20,000 bases of DNA from the NCBI RefSeq assembly GCF_004010195.1, contig NC_057717.1, forward strand, positions 105,117,444 through 105,137,443, read 5' to 3'. Of this stretch, positions 1 through 11,161 are shown piece by piece. A model generated the notes under the pieces. The model had not been told where the DNA came from and did not search any database. It saw only the letters and a list, made by a program, of their open reading frames with translations. The translations under genes were made by a program, and so were the position numbers. Each line of letters opens with the position of its first letter. Position 1 is the stretch's first letter. The stretch is from Chiloscyllium plagiosum (taxonomy: Eukaryota).

Positions 1-229
1 ACTCCAGGAAGGCTAGTACTTGGTCACTAAGTCACCCTTCATTTACACATGCATAGTATGTGACACTGACCCAACTAGCTCAGAGTTGGCACCTACTGTG
101 AACAGAACCCCTGATACTCTATTTATATCAGTCAGTCAGGACTCCCTGATTGGGGCTGTTAACCTGATCCAAATCAGTGAACTCAAGTTTGATGAGGTCT
201 ACCTGGCTGATCTCGTTCCAATCACTACA
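1..229 (-). mobile_element. Solo LTR (probably Gypsy-type), truncated by window edge
   Basis: Minus strand starts TGTAGTGATTGG at 229. It contains CCAAT (149-153), TATAAATA (120-127) and a degenerate polyA-like GTAAATGAAGGG, in U3-R-U5 order. Resembles short shark LTRs from memory; the CA end and TSD lie outside the window. Confidence 0.55.
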
Positions 230-949
230 TAGCCCTTCTGAAAGCTCACTTCAACCTGTTCCCAGGCCTCCACTATTAAAGTTATAAACTGGTTGGTAAG
301 GTGAGGAGAGTCATTCCATTATTTTTCATACCAACCGAACCTCCAATCATTGCTTTCTAATGTTAGAATGATATCGGCCCAATTCAGGGAATCACAGGCA
401 CATGGATTCCTTGGAATCATTAGACTCACATGCTAAATAGTCCTGACTTTCCAAATGGTTTCTAATTTTTCTGAAATATTCAGACATTGCTTTTGTCCAC
501 TATTAAAGAGAGTGGTTTCAGGCAAAATCCTCAGTCAAATATTTACCATTAAATTTAAGTAGAACACATTGAATATGGTGTTATCACTACAGTAATACTA
601 TAGTAACAGATCTGCTTTATATATTTCCATTTCACAGTTGGTGGTGCCTTGAACTATCAAGGCCATACACTGTGGAATTTCCACCTTAAACTTCTCAATA
701 ATAACCGATTCTCCTTAAAAGCTACTTTGACCAAGACCGGGCATTTCCGTTAGTAATGTTTGTCCAATTATATTCCTATGAAACTTCTGATCAATTCTCT
801 CAAAGACAATGTATAAATGCAAGCTCTGAATGTTAAACAGCATCAATTTTCTCAAAGGAAATGACCTATGCTGAGTTTCTTTTCCATTTTGACTGCCTGG
901 CACTTAACCAAGCAGTACTCTTGTCAGTGTCAGCCCAGATAATAGCTGA

Positions 950-965
950 CTACCATGTCATGTTC
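950..965 (-). CDS. Candidate terminal coding exon (…T-N-M-T-W-stop) of unidentified host gene
   Basis: Very strong minus-strand acceptor cctcttcattttctctttgttttccctatccccAG (AG at 967-966). Read in the phase set by the 3495-3522 candidate it gives G AAC ATG ACA TGG TAG. Confidence 0.35.
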
Positions 966-1518
966 CTGGGGATAGGGAAAACAAAGAGAAAATGAAGAGG
1001 ACATTACAGTAAATTGTGTTGCTGTTATCATGACCACTGGTCAGAAGTGCTATGGACAGTTCTGACTGTAAAACACATTTTGGAATTATAAGAGTGCTGA
1101 TGCAGCAAAAGATAGCTGCAGATGTAAATTAAATGATGTCTGGAGAAGGAGAGACCCCTGAAATGTCACTCGAAAGGTATAAAAGAAATTCCAAACAATC
1201 TTTCAAAAGGAGGAAAGAGGTAAGTCAAAAAAGACTGGACTGTGATCTTGTGGCTACAAAGATAATTAGGAACGAATGCCCTCCTACTAAACAGAAAGCC
1301 ACCCAGTGTGAATTATGCCCTAAACTGTAGATCCATTTTGTAGAATGCACAAGGACAGGTGCTAAAAAGACAGTTTCAACTGTACTGGATGGGCTACAGG
1401 GACGAAAGTTCTCAGGTGTGTATTAGCCTGGATTAGCGTACTGTGAAGTCCATACTTGAAGAACTATCCTATAGTCACCCATCAGTTGCAAGTAAAGGGA
1501 CTCTTACTCTGAGCCAGC

Positions 1519-1675
1519 AGTTCAGGCAGCATCCAAGGAGCAGCAAAATCGACGTTTCGGGCAAAAGCCCTTCATCAGGACGTCGATTGCTGCCTGAACT
1601 GCTATGCTCTTCCAGCACCACTAATCCAAAATCTGGTTTCCAGCATCTGCAATCATTGTTTTTACCTGTTTTTAC
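1519..1675 (+). mobile_element. Short Penelope-like (pLTR-derived) non-autonomous insertion with inverted 5' arm
   Basis: Perfect inverted repeats at 1516-1531/1588-1603 (16 bp) and 1547-1555/1580-1588 (9 bp). Hammerhead core on the inverted arm, tandem tail tgtttttacc x2 (1657-1676), and flanking 18-bp duplication. Confidence 0.7.
1551..1578 (-). ncRNA. Minimal hammerhead ribozyme core (Penelope-type)
   Basis: Minus strand reads CUGAUGA-a-GGGC-uuuu-GCCC-GAAA-CGUC: conserved CUGANGA and GAAA boxes, 4-bp stem II, palindromic ACGU in stem III, GUC cleavage triplet. Stem I is disrupted in this copy. Confidence 0.6.
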
Positions 1676-2087
1676 CTCTTACTCTGAGCCAGCCAACTAG
1701 CAAGCCAGACAAAATTGACAATAAAAAGGCTCTCTCTCACACACGGTCTACTGGAATTCAGTCACAGTCATAAGGAATCAGAACAACAGAATCTCAACCA
1801 ACTTGTGAAACTAAGAATCTTGAAATTGATTGCTGAGCTACCAACATCACACGACCAGTAACCTCTTTTGCAATGGCTGCAATGTTCAACTGTTAGCTCT
1901 TTATGATGAATCCAGAGACTGGTCTATATATCTGCTTTTTTTTTTATAAAGACTTTGATCTTCTTGGACTCACTTCTTTTAAATCGATGTTTGTTCCATT
2001 ATGAATTCTTCTCAAATTTAATCATTAATAATCTCACTCTTTGTTAACTCAAGAAAGCCTGGTTAAATTAGTTCCTTTTAAACAAGA

Positions 2088-2613
2088 GTATACAGTTCTG
2101 GTCGCCCTGCTACAGGAAGGATATTATTAAATTGCCGAGGTTTCAGAAAAGATTTACCAGGATGCTGCTGAGACTGGAGGGCTTGAGTTACAGGGAGAGG
2201 CTAGATAGGCTGGGACATTTTTCATTGTAATGTAGGAGGTTGAGGCATGACCTTACAGAGGTTTATAAAATCATGACGGGTACAGATAAGGTGAATAGTT
2301 AAGGCCTTTTCCCTCGGATGAGGGAGTTCAAAACTAGGGGGCAAATTTTAAGGTGAGAGTAGAAAGATTTAAAAAGGACCTGAGGGGCAACATTTTCACA
2401 CAGAGGGTGGTTTGTATGTGGAATGAACGGCCAGAGGAAGCGATAGATCAAAATACAAGTTCAACACTTAAAAGAAATTTGGATAGTACATGAATAGGAA
2501 AGGTTTACACGGATATGGGTGAAACGCAGGCAAGTGGGACTAGGTTAGTTTGGGAAGCTTGGTCAGCATGGACAAGTTGGACTGAAGGGTCTGTTTCTGT
2601 GCTGTATGGGTCT
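2088..2613 (+). mobile_element. 5'-truncated CR1 LINE 3' fragment
   Basis: Encodes a decayed QFWSPCYRKDI…RFTRML…RLDRLG ORF2 C-terminus and a CR1 3' UTR (ggtcagcatggacaagttggactgaagggtctgtttctgtgctgtat). Homologous by eye to 14915-15240 and 18850-19360. Confidence 0.9.
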
Positions 2614-3494
2614 TTGTGGATCTGGAGAAAGATATCTCCTTTGAATCAAATTTTTAAAATGGCGCTGGTTGCAATCAGTGAAGGTGGTCAGTGACTAAAA
2701 AACAAAGGGAGTTAGTACATCCCTCCTCACCCAAGTATCCCATCTGGAATCATTACAAATTGCGTAACCTCACCCAGGGACTGGGCAATACACTGTTCTT
2801 GTTGATACAAACTTCAGTTGAAGATCATCATGTTCAGTAGCAGAGAATGAGAATAATAGGTGGCTAATCAAAGGCTGTCAGGAACATACTATTACCACGG
2901 GGGTTGATACAACAATGATGAAGCTGTAACAAATTAAAAGAGCCACCACAGGAATGCTGCTGTACTGACAAGCTTCAAACATATCCTGTTGTCTCAGTCA
3001 TCCCTTGCAGAGACCAAAGCCAGGCAGATATAATTTCCAGAACAGCCACTGCAATTAAAACAGTTCCTATTCACAAATGAACAGTTTGATGTTTAAGCAA
3101 ACTAAAAATATAAATTTTCAGTCATAAGATGAATCCTTCAATGAAATGTCAAATTTTCTTCCGTTCATTAAGATAGACATTTTTTCTACTCAATAGCTGC
3201 CCTAACAATCTGCATTCTTACATGAATTAGATTATATTACTTGTATAAACATGTGTAGCTTTGACTGGGTACAAATGTTATACTGGTGCATACTGGTACA
3301 CATTACATTTTGAAAAATGAACAATGAAGAATCATGCAATACTGTAATCAGTTGATTAGTTTTACAGCTGGACATACAAGGCCTGCTGCTTATCCTATGT
3401 ACTAAATTGTGGAATATCACATAGCTATAAGCTGGGGAGTCCATTTGAAGGGCAAAGAATTTTTCCCCATACCTATCCAGTATAGGGTACTTAC

Positions 3495-3522
3495 GTTTTC
3501 TGAGAGTTATCATTCAGTATTC
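3495..3522 (-). CDS. Candidate 28-bp micro-exon (GILNDNSQKT)
   Basis: Acceptor taacctttcAG (3524-3523) and consensus donor GTAAGTA (3494-3488). Only one frame is open (phase 1 in, phase 2 out), and it matches the upstream candidate. Confidence 0.45.
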
Positions 3523-3599
3523 CTGAAAGGTTACATATCACAATTATCAAAAGGTTAAACCTTACTTTCTAATGGGTAACAACAAGTTTCACTAAGGGG

Positions 3600-4073
3600 C
3601 AGCTTACCAGATTGACATCTGGAATGAGCAGGGTATTTTATGAGGACAGGTTGAACAGGCTGGGCCTGTTTCCACTGGAGTTTAGAAGAGCAAGGCATTA
3701 CTTGATTGAAGTTTAAAAGATCCTGAACAGACTTGACAGGGTGGACATCAAAAAGGTGTTTCTTTTTGTGGTCAGTCCAGAAGTAGGGGACAATGTGTAA
3801 ACATTAAGAGACCCCTTTTGAAAAAGAGATAAGAATTTTGTCTGAAAGGGTAGTGCAACTTTGAAACTCTACTTCAGGAGGTGGTAGAAACGGGTCATTG
3901 AATATTTAGCCAGAGGTGGATAGATTATCATTAGGCAAGGAATCAAAAGGTTATCAGGGATAGATGGGAATGTGGAATCTAAAACACAATCAGATCAGCT
4001 GTGATATTATTGAATTGTGGAGCAAGGTCAAGGGCTGAATGTGTATTTCTGCTCCTGTTAAGTATGCTCATAT
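3600..4073 (+). mobile_element. Older CR1 LINE 3' fragment
   Basis: Decayed YEDRLNRLGLFPLEFRR motif and a CR1-type 3' end (ggctgaatg…tctgctcctgtt…tatgctcatatg). Confidence 0.85.
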
Positions 4074-4354
4074 GGAAGGTTTAAAACTATAAAGGGAACT
4101 GATAGAACTGACCAAGGTGAATAGTCAAGAGTTCAATCACCAAGGGAAACTACTTAAAATTTAGGAATCAGGAGAGACTGCTTTCACTAAAGTAAGTAAA
4201 TTTTAGATTTAGAGTATTTGGTTTTCTTAAAAGGCAGTTAAAGATCACATTACATAATTCATAAAATAGTAGAAAAATCATCTAGTGTTCTATTATTATT
4301 CATTTTTCATATGAATATTATTCACTATCCATGTTTTATTATATTATCCTATGA

Positions 4355-4545
4355 CCCATAGGATGCCAGTATATACTGCTCTTCCCTAATTGCCCTTGAG
4401 AAGCTGATGAAAAACAGCTTCCTTGAATACAATTGGATGGTTTGCATGGCCATTTCAGAGGACAGTGAAGAATCAAACTTATTATCTTCACACATATGCC
4501 AGACTGAACATGGTCAGCAGATTTTCTTCCCAAAACAATGTTGTT
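4355..4545 (-). mobile_element. Degenerate shark SINE/LINE tail remnant
   Basis: Motifs ccctaattgcccttgagaag, gccatttcagagg-cagt-aaga-tcaa and gcagatttt-cttccc match the reverse complement of a common shark interspersed repeat (recognised from memory). Confidence 0.4.
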
Positions 4546-4648
4546 AATATTCTCTGGTGGTGCAAAAATGTCATTACAGTACCGCAAAACAATTCACTGC
4601 ATATGAAACGCCATGAGACATTTAAGAAGTTAATTTTTCTTTCCTTAC

Positions 4649-4695
4649 CAAGAAAGTCCACTGAAATACTTTTATAAAGACAATTATTAAAGTTT
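4649..4695 (-). CDS. Candidate 47-bp exon (NFNNCLYKSISVDFLG)
   Basis: Acceptor atgtatctcttcAG (4697-4696) and donor TTG|GTAAGG (4648-4643). Open frame, phase 2 in and phase 1 out, joining the 3495-3522 exon as G|GA. Confidence 0.45.
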
Positions 4696-5849
4696 CTGAA
4701 GAGATACATTGAAAGGATAAAGTGATTGAACAAAATGGCCTTTCACAAATGCCAAAAATACTTAAAGTTTGAGATCTCATGTACTCTTCAATAGCATGAC
4801 CATAAAATGTATATAATTTTTACAAAAATTGTTTGCTGTTCACAGCATAATATTGCATGTTTGTTAATATCAGACAATAAAGTGTTTCAGTAATCAATAT
4901 AAAAACATTTGAACTTTTCCAATATTTTATATAAAACCTACTAAGTGTGGAAAAAAATCTTTGAGTCCATATTTTACTCAAATTCTATATAATCGGCAAT
5001 CTCATGCACATACCATAGCGAAATGAACTAGTTATTGATACATTCCCTTGGAACTCACAGTCAGCTCTAAATCTTAAGTATCTTCTCAAAATGCTGTCCT
5101 TCACCTTCAAGTGATGGAACACAACTCTGTGTTGACAATGGCCAATGCAAGTTTTCAGTTACCTGTTATTTTATTCAGTGACAATTTTTGCCTGACGATC
5201 TTCCTGTGACTTATGATATTTTCCCACATTAAAGGAAAATGCATAAATAAAAGCTCTGGCTGTGATATACCAAATGTTAAAAGTTGCGAAGTATAAGTTA
5301 GAACTATTTCACCACAGACTGGGGGAGGAGGAAAGAGAAGAAATAAAAGAAGTATGCAGTTTTCAATTATCGGGTTAACAGTTCAATTTATATTTGAAAA
5401 ATACTGTTGCAAGTTTTACTGTAATTTTAAAACCAGGCTTTGGCACATGAAGCAAGTCTGCCAAATATAAAGAGAAAGGTAGGCAGAAAATAGCTTCTGG
5501 GTGCCACAGCAATATAAATATTTCAAGTCTAAGCTAAGTGAGAGCCCAACTTCCACCATCAGAATGTGTTCCAATTTTAATGTTTCGATTTTCACAGTAA
5601 AAGAAAATGTCCAGCGTCTAAACAGCAAATGGCAGCCATACACCATATTCAAATAGCTTATTCCATTCTTATTTACAATTTTAAAACCCTGGTTACTAAA
5701 TTTGGTAAAGGAAAACTGAAGGTCTATACAAAATGGGAAGGCCAAGTTACAAAACATTCCTCCAGGGTAGTCACACATTGAAAAAAGAAAGGCACCATTC
5801 TACTGAATGGCTTGTTGAATATTATGAAATGTCAAATATCTTGCAAAGA

Positions 5850-6700
5850 GCATGTCTTTTTCTCTTTACTTTTAAATTGTGGAGCAAAATGAAAAAAGCA
5901 TGCTTTTTTTTAAACTATGGAAACTGTTTAAAGAAATGTTGCAGTTTCCAAACAAGTTATTGGGTGTCATTGAGAGTTGTATTTACAATGTTGCCTTGAT
6001 CAAGCAGTGAGAGAGGATTGCTGGACTCATTGGTACCAGGGTCTGTGCTCGGATCAATTGCCTAGAGACAAGCTGTTGATTGGTTTTCAAACAGGATCAA
6101 TTGTGTGGGTCAGGAATGCTCAGTACAACAGCTCGCTGCTTGGAATCTGAGTAAGTAGCCAGTCAGTGTGTGAACAATAGAGAGGGGCAAAAGGCCTCCA
6201 GACTCAAACATGACAGCATCTCACTTTACTTCCAGAGAAATAAAGAATTGGAAGACAGCTAGCTATTCTCACTATTTGCCTATAAGGCTGCTGCCTCTAA
6301 TCAATGACTGACAGACTGAACAATTAGTGTGTTAACTGCCCTGTGTCTGAGTAAAGAAACAAAAAGACACCTAACTGATTTCGCTGGATTGGTACTTTTT
6401 GAAAAGAGCTCCCATAATATTTTTCTTTCCACAATTTTGTTTTGCTCATCTATGTCTGTTTCAATGTGTTTGTAGGGATTTAAGAAGGGCTAGCGTACAG
6501 GCTAGAGTTATAAGTTGATAAATTCATATTTTGTTTAAGTGTAGTTGGAACTGATTTATTTGGAATGAATAGTAATTTTGTTAAGTACAGAAACATGATC
6601 AGTACTTTGTATTGACTTATAAGTTCACTAGATCAGAAAATTGAGAACTTTGAGTAATTTAACTAAATTTTTAACTTTTGTCACAATCCTCAGAGTAGTC
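5850..6700 (+). mobile_element. Possible decayed LTR-like interspersed repeat
   Basis: The 3' part (aatagtaattttgttaagtacagaaac…ttaacttttgt) resembles shark LTR-like repeats from memory. No coding homology; boundaries are guesses. Confidence 0.2.
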
Positions 6701-8677
6701 TCATCTAGTATCAGTACACTTTCCTAAGTTGATTGAGTCTCAAGATTGTTCACACTTGCCAGGTATATTTCTGCAGAAAAAGTTTTGCAGAAAACTTTTT
6801 ATCTATGTCTACAGTTTCTGCATTGTGAAGCAAAACATTAGTTTTATCTTGCACATTCCAGATTTCCCCTCCTTTTTGCACACACACACAATTTTGTGTT
6901 CATTCAGGTAAGTGATATTAGTGTTGGGGAGCGGAACATTTTTCATCTCAGTATCCAGTATCAAGTGCCTCAAATGTAACAGAAGTAAACTCAAGGCAAA
7001 ATCTCTATTCTCTCCTAGTGATGTATTATAAGGACAGACCTACTGTGTCAGCTGATAATTTTGATTTTTCCACACCACCCATTTTTGTGGACTCTTCAAG
7101 GACCTTATCATTTTATACTGAATTGTGGACAACATTATATAAATCTGACATTTGACCGGCTCATTTAGTCAGTTATCAAACCAGATACTGAGCAAATCCA
7201 TCTTCTAAATTTGCCATCCGGTCTCAAAAGAAGAGTTTGCTCTTAATATTTAATTAGATAGAGGTTCAGCATGTGGGGAGTCTGGGTTAAAAGGTTTATG
7301 GGCTGTCTTTATGGTTCATTCGATCAAGAGTTTTCACAACCAGGACATCTAGTAACATATTTTAATTCATCTTCTCAGATTCATTGCATCTCCCTCACCC
7401 CTAAATGATGCAATGTGACAAACTAGTTCCTAGACATTTACCAATTATGAAACCATATGTTATTACAAGTGCAGAGACATATAACACTCTCACTTTATGG
7501 AATATACAATTCCTTTCCATTCTCTGTTCTAACAATATTGGGAAGCACAACCTGGATCCGACTCCACCTAAATCTAATATTTTAGTTCAGAATTCTATGA
7601 ACATTAAAATATCAAATGCAGATACTTAATTGGTCTTATTGATTTGATTGTGTGAAGTAAGGGAGCTTGTTACAATGAAATGTTTGCAATGTGGAAAATG
7701 CATGTTCTATATACATGAATTTCTGCATGTTGTATTTTCACACAAGCTTGGGAAGAAAAACAAATTGATTAAAACTTAAATGGCAAGACTATGCTCTGAA
7801 ATATCTGAATGAATGAGTGACTCCTTTTTGTGTTAGGAATTGAAGTCTTGTAGTGTCTTGGCTAATTCAGTAGTAGCAAAAACTAAGAACTCAGTTTCTT
7901 CATAGATTACTCCAATACAGAAATGTATATTTTGATATTTTGGGACAATAAGATCTGTTCCAAAATGTCTGCTATTCTAGTTTGATTACAAATCAAACAT
8001 TTGTGCTACTTCTGAGAGAAACAAAAAATCTCTTATTCAAATTTGAGACAAGAATAACAATAAAATAGTTCATCTTTTACAGAATTCAAATCAACATTAT
8101 TATATGTGCCTTTAAACACTACTTTTCTCAACAGGCTACCCAGTCAATCTCATCAATTAAAAACAAAGCTAACTAGTGAGTTTTGTATCTTAGCTCAATG
8201 ATGGGTGACATCCATGACACTTTATGTTTTAAATAATCAAATAACGAACGATGCTGTAAATTAGAGTATGGCAACTTTGAACCTTCCCATAATGTGACTT
8301 TCTCAGCTGTGTGTCATGAGGGGATCAAGAGAGAACAAATGTCACTCTTGACCAATCTCAGGCAACTTTTATTAACGACGAATATCGCTGTATGAGTAGG
8401 TCTAGGAGTAGGTAGCTGACTGATGCTTGGCTAAGGATGATGCTTAGACTGAATGGAATAAATTCAACAATAAATCATGATTCTTGAGAGATTAGTTTGA
8501 ATAACCATGAGAGGTTCAACAATATATGTTTAGAACACAGAGTTCCAAGTTTAGTCATTAATGTTGTTAACACTAAGGGTCAGTCTCCAAGGGAGTAAAT
8601 TTGCCTTGTTCTCTACATCATGGGGGAAGAAGAAAGTTAAGCCTTGGAAGAGGCTTTCGTTTACATTTTAATATAAG

Positions 8678-8790
8678 AAACATACTGCAGATACTGGAAA
8701 TAAGAAATAAAACAGTAAATGCTGGAGAAACTCATAAGGCCTGGCAGCATCTGTGGAGGGAGAAACAGCATTAAAGTTCTTCTTTGGAAC
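8678..8790 (-). mobile_element. Decayed Penelope pLTR-type repeat remnant
   Basis: actgcagatactggaaa…aaatgctggagaaactca…ggcagcatc is the reverse complement of a tail related to 1589-1655 (gctgcc…ccagca…tttccagcatctgca). The hammerhead portion is eroded. Confidence 0.5.
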
Positions 8791-9515
8791 TCCATTTACA
8801 TACAGTTTAGTTATAGCATTGGTGTCACGGGAGCTATGATTTTAAAGTGAGACACAAAAAGATCGTAGTAAAACAAGTACTGAATACATAAAAGCTTTAA
8901 AATCATAAAATACAAGACAGACACAATCTTGAGTAATAGTTGCCTTGGATATTTCAAAATCACCACTATAATAGTTTCAAATTAATCAATCAACAGCCAA
9001 ATTCCTTGACGAGGGCCATTCATTACAAAATAGATTTTAAGATCAAATTTTTTTCGCCACATTTTTAGAACCAGGATCCAGTTGTCCTCTAATATTCCAC
9101 ACAACAGAGGAGATTTGTAAATAGTTGTGCGTTAAAAAGGTTTGAATGCTCAGACTACAGTTTTGATTTCAATTTAATTTATTTTGAAATCAGGACAACT
9201 ATTGAGTTGCTAGTAGCTGTAAGCGAAAGGACTATTCTGATATTCATTGCTCAAAATACGCAGGGGTTTCAGGCAAAAGTCCCCAATCACCTGAGAAAAT
9301 TCACTCAAAGAGTGCCCAAAAGACAGAAAAGTTTCCCCTCTAGTTGCAATGAAAGTAAATGATTAAGTGTTGCTCCTCCAAGCACAGACTGGGTCTCTCC
9401 CATATTTGCATCTGACAGGCTGGCTGGTGAGCTTATCAGCAACAAAAAAAACAGTCTGCGATTGGAGGAGCAGTGAGTAGCTGGGAAGGCAAATGCTGAC
9501 TTGAGGAATGGTTTT

Positions 9516-9563
9516 AAGTAAATCTGTTGGACTACAACCTAATGTCGTGTGACTTTTGACTTT
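9516..9563 (+). mobile_element. Short fragment of another shark Penelope-type repeat
   Basis: ctgttggactacaacctaatgtcgtgtgacttttgacttt resembles a common shark repeat segment (from memory only). Confidence 0.3.
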
Positions 9564-10341
9564 GACTTAAGGAAATTACCAGAGAATGCCTTTTTCAGAG
9601 GATAAGGTGCAAGTGACAAGAGCCTGAGGGCACAGTTGATTACAGTTGAGGGCCAAGGGTTGAACCCAGGGTCAGGTGGCAATAGCCAGGAGTGGGAGTG
9701 CCGAGAGCAAAGGTGTGAGATCCAAGTGGAGGAGAGAGAAGGGGAGGGGACACACACCTTTTGGCAGGCATGGCTGAGCTTTTTGCCATCACCAGTTCTG
9801 GGAGTTCCATCCACTGGATCTAGATTCTGGGGAGGAAGAGACTGCAAAAGATATAAAATAGGATAAGGCAGCTGCATGGGGAGTTGGGGAAGGAAATAAA
9901 AAGTGTGGGTGTGATTGCAAAGGAGAAGGGGAAGAGAAGGACGATACCAGAGAGATCAATTTTAAACCTGTCAACAAAGAAATACTCAGCCAACTGGGAA
10001 CTTAGAAAACTTTAAATCACTGAGGTAATAAATTCCTTGTAAATTAATGTGGAATAACTAGTTTATGACTAAGTGACACCAAGAGCATCCAAACTTGGAA
10101 AGGACATAGTGGATCCTACTGTGATAAATCTTGTAAATTGTTAAATTTAAATCTGTGCTTGAGATCGGAGATACAATAAATAAAGTTGTAACTGGTTAAA
10201 ATGTTCCAGCTTTGAGAATATGCAATGAAAATGCATTAGCAATGACATTACAAGTCTGTGCAAATTATGTTTAGGGTGCTGGCTTTTTATGTCTAAAAGT
10301 TTTCATAACTTATTTTGAAATAAAACTTTGTAAACTTACTT

Positions 10342-10934
10342 ACCATGCTGGGACCACAGTCCTAGCAAATCGCATAACTAGGGCTGTAAACAGGGCTTTA
10401 AACTAAATAAGATGGGGGCGGGGGAGGGAAGGGTTCAGTTATAGGGGAAATTAGAAAACCCAAATTAAAAGGAGGAGATAAGAGTGCAGAACTCAGAAGA
10501 GGTTATTAAAATCTCCAGCACAGACACAAATAGGGCAGAGTATTTGGAAAGGGTTAGCAATTAAACTTCAAGCACACTGGAGAAACTAATGACAATGAGA
10601 AAAGGGGCAGTTCACATAGGACTGAAGGTGTTATATCTGAATGCACGCAATATAAGGAATAAGGTAAATGAGCTTGTGGCACAGATCAAAATTGGCAGGT
10701 ATGACTTGGTGGGCACCACGGAGACTTGGCTGGAAGGGGATCAGGATTGGGAGCTGAATATTCAAGGATATACATCTTATGAAAAAGATAGGCAGGTGGG
10801 CAGCGGGAGTGGGGTTACTTTATTAGTATTAAATTAAGTCAATAGTAAAAAACAAAGTAGGGTCAGATGGTGTAGAATTTGTGTTTGAAGAATTGAAGAT
10901 CCACAAAAGGTTTAAAAAAAGCCATTGTCGGTGT
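10342..10934 (+). mobile_element. CR1 element A, left part (end of ORF1, start of ORF2 endonuclease)
   Basis: HAGTTVLANRITRAVNRALN* ORF1 end, then LKVLYLNARNIRNKVNEL…TETWLEGDQDWELNIQGY APE-endonuclease motifs. Ends …KKAIVGV at the insertion point of element B. Confidence 0.9.
10397..10433 (+). promoter_or_regulatory. Candidate -1 frameshift signal: T TTA AAC plus G-quadruplex motif (element A)
   Basis: gcT TTA AAC taa in the ORF1 frame (10397-10403), followed by GGGGGcGGGGGaGGGaaGGG at 10414-10433. Confidence 0.45.
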
Positions 10935-11161
10935 AGCTGAAGGATTCTGGGTAATCCAAGATGGAGGACAGGAAAAGTTTCTGGCTGTAACAGCTGCTAG
11001 TTTTAGGTATTGGAGGTGATTTCCTCGAATTCCAGGAGCAGCAATTACTACTTTATATGCTGTTGCATTGTTTTGGAACTCTGGAGAAACAAAGTCAAAA
11101 CAACAGCACTTTTAAAAGAGAGAGGAACAGACAAAGGCAGCACATGGTGAGGTCAAAGCAG

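Larger units (their letters stand above)
1501..1693. repeat. 18-bp direct repeat (target-site duplication) ctcttactctgagccagc
   Basis: Identical copies at 1501-1518 and 1676-1693 bracket the Penelope-type insertion. Confidence 0.85.
1023..2757 (+). mobile_element. Possible old LTR-like element interrupted by younger insertions
   Basis: Begins TGTTAT and ends …cccctcctcaccc…cattACA. The segments 2030-2085 and 2615-2757 flank a CR1 fragment and resemble shark LTR-like repeats from memory. Highly decayed; boundaries uncertain. Confidence 0.25.

Noticed and set aside
1501..1693. CRISPR-like repeat-spacer or DNA-transposon MITE
   Set aside because: Only two direct copies in a eukaryotic context. 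The inverted repeats are internal and asymmetric rather than terminal, and the hammerhead and tail point to a retroelement.
2878..2923. Alternative minus-strand terminal exon (TFIIVVSTPVVIVCS*) after ttttaatttgttacAG
   Set aside because: Acceptor is weaker than the one at 966 and there is no independent support; cannot be excluded without RNA data.
5059..5205. Further minus-strand exon candidates (donors GTGAGT near 5058 and GTAACT near 5162)
   Set aside because: Poor acceptors, and phases or stops incompatible with the 47-bp exon.
5416..5999. 120-aa and 88-aa ORFs
   Set aside because: Composition typical of random AT-rich ORFs (F/L/C/K-rich); no homology recognised.
6862..6913. Plus-strand exon ending CAG|GTAAGT (6907/6908)
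   Set aside because: Strong donor, but the body is a pyrimidine/CA-repeat tract and I found no partner exons.
9539..9977. Overlapping ORFs in a purine/G-rich stretch
   Set aside because: Low-complexity composition, no recognisable domain and no convincing splice signals; probably old repeat sequence.
8330..10200. Very old CR1-like traces around 8330-8560 and 9960-10200
   Set aside because: Only faint motif resemblance; not supportable without alignment.
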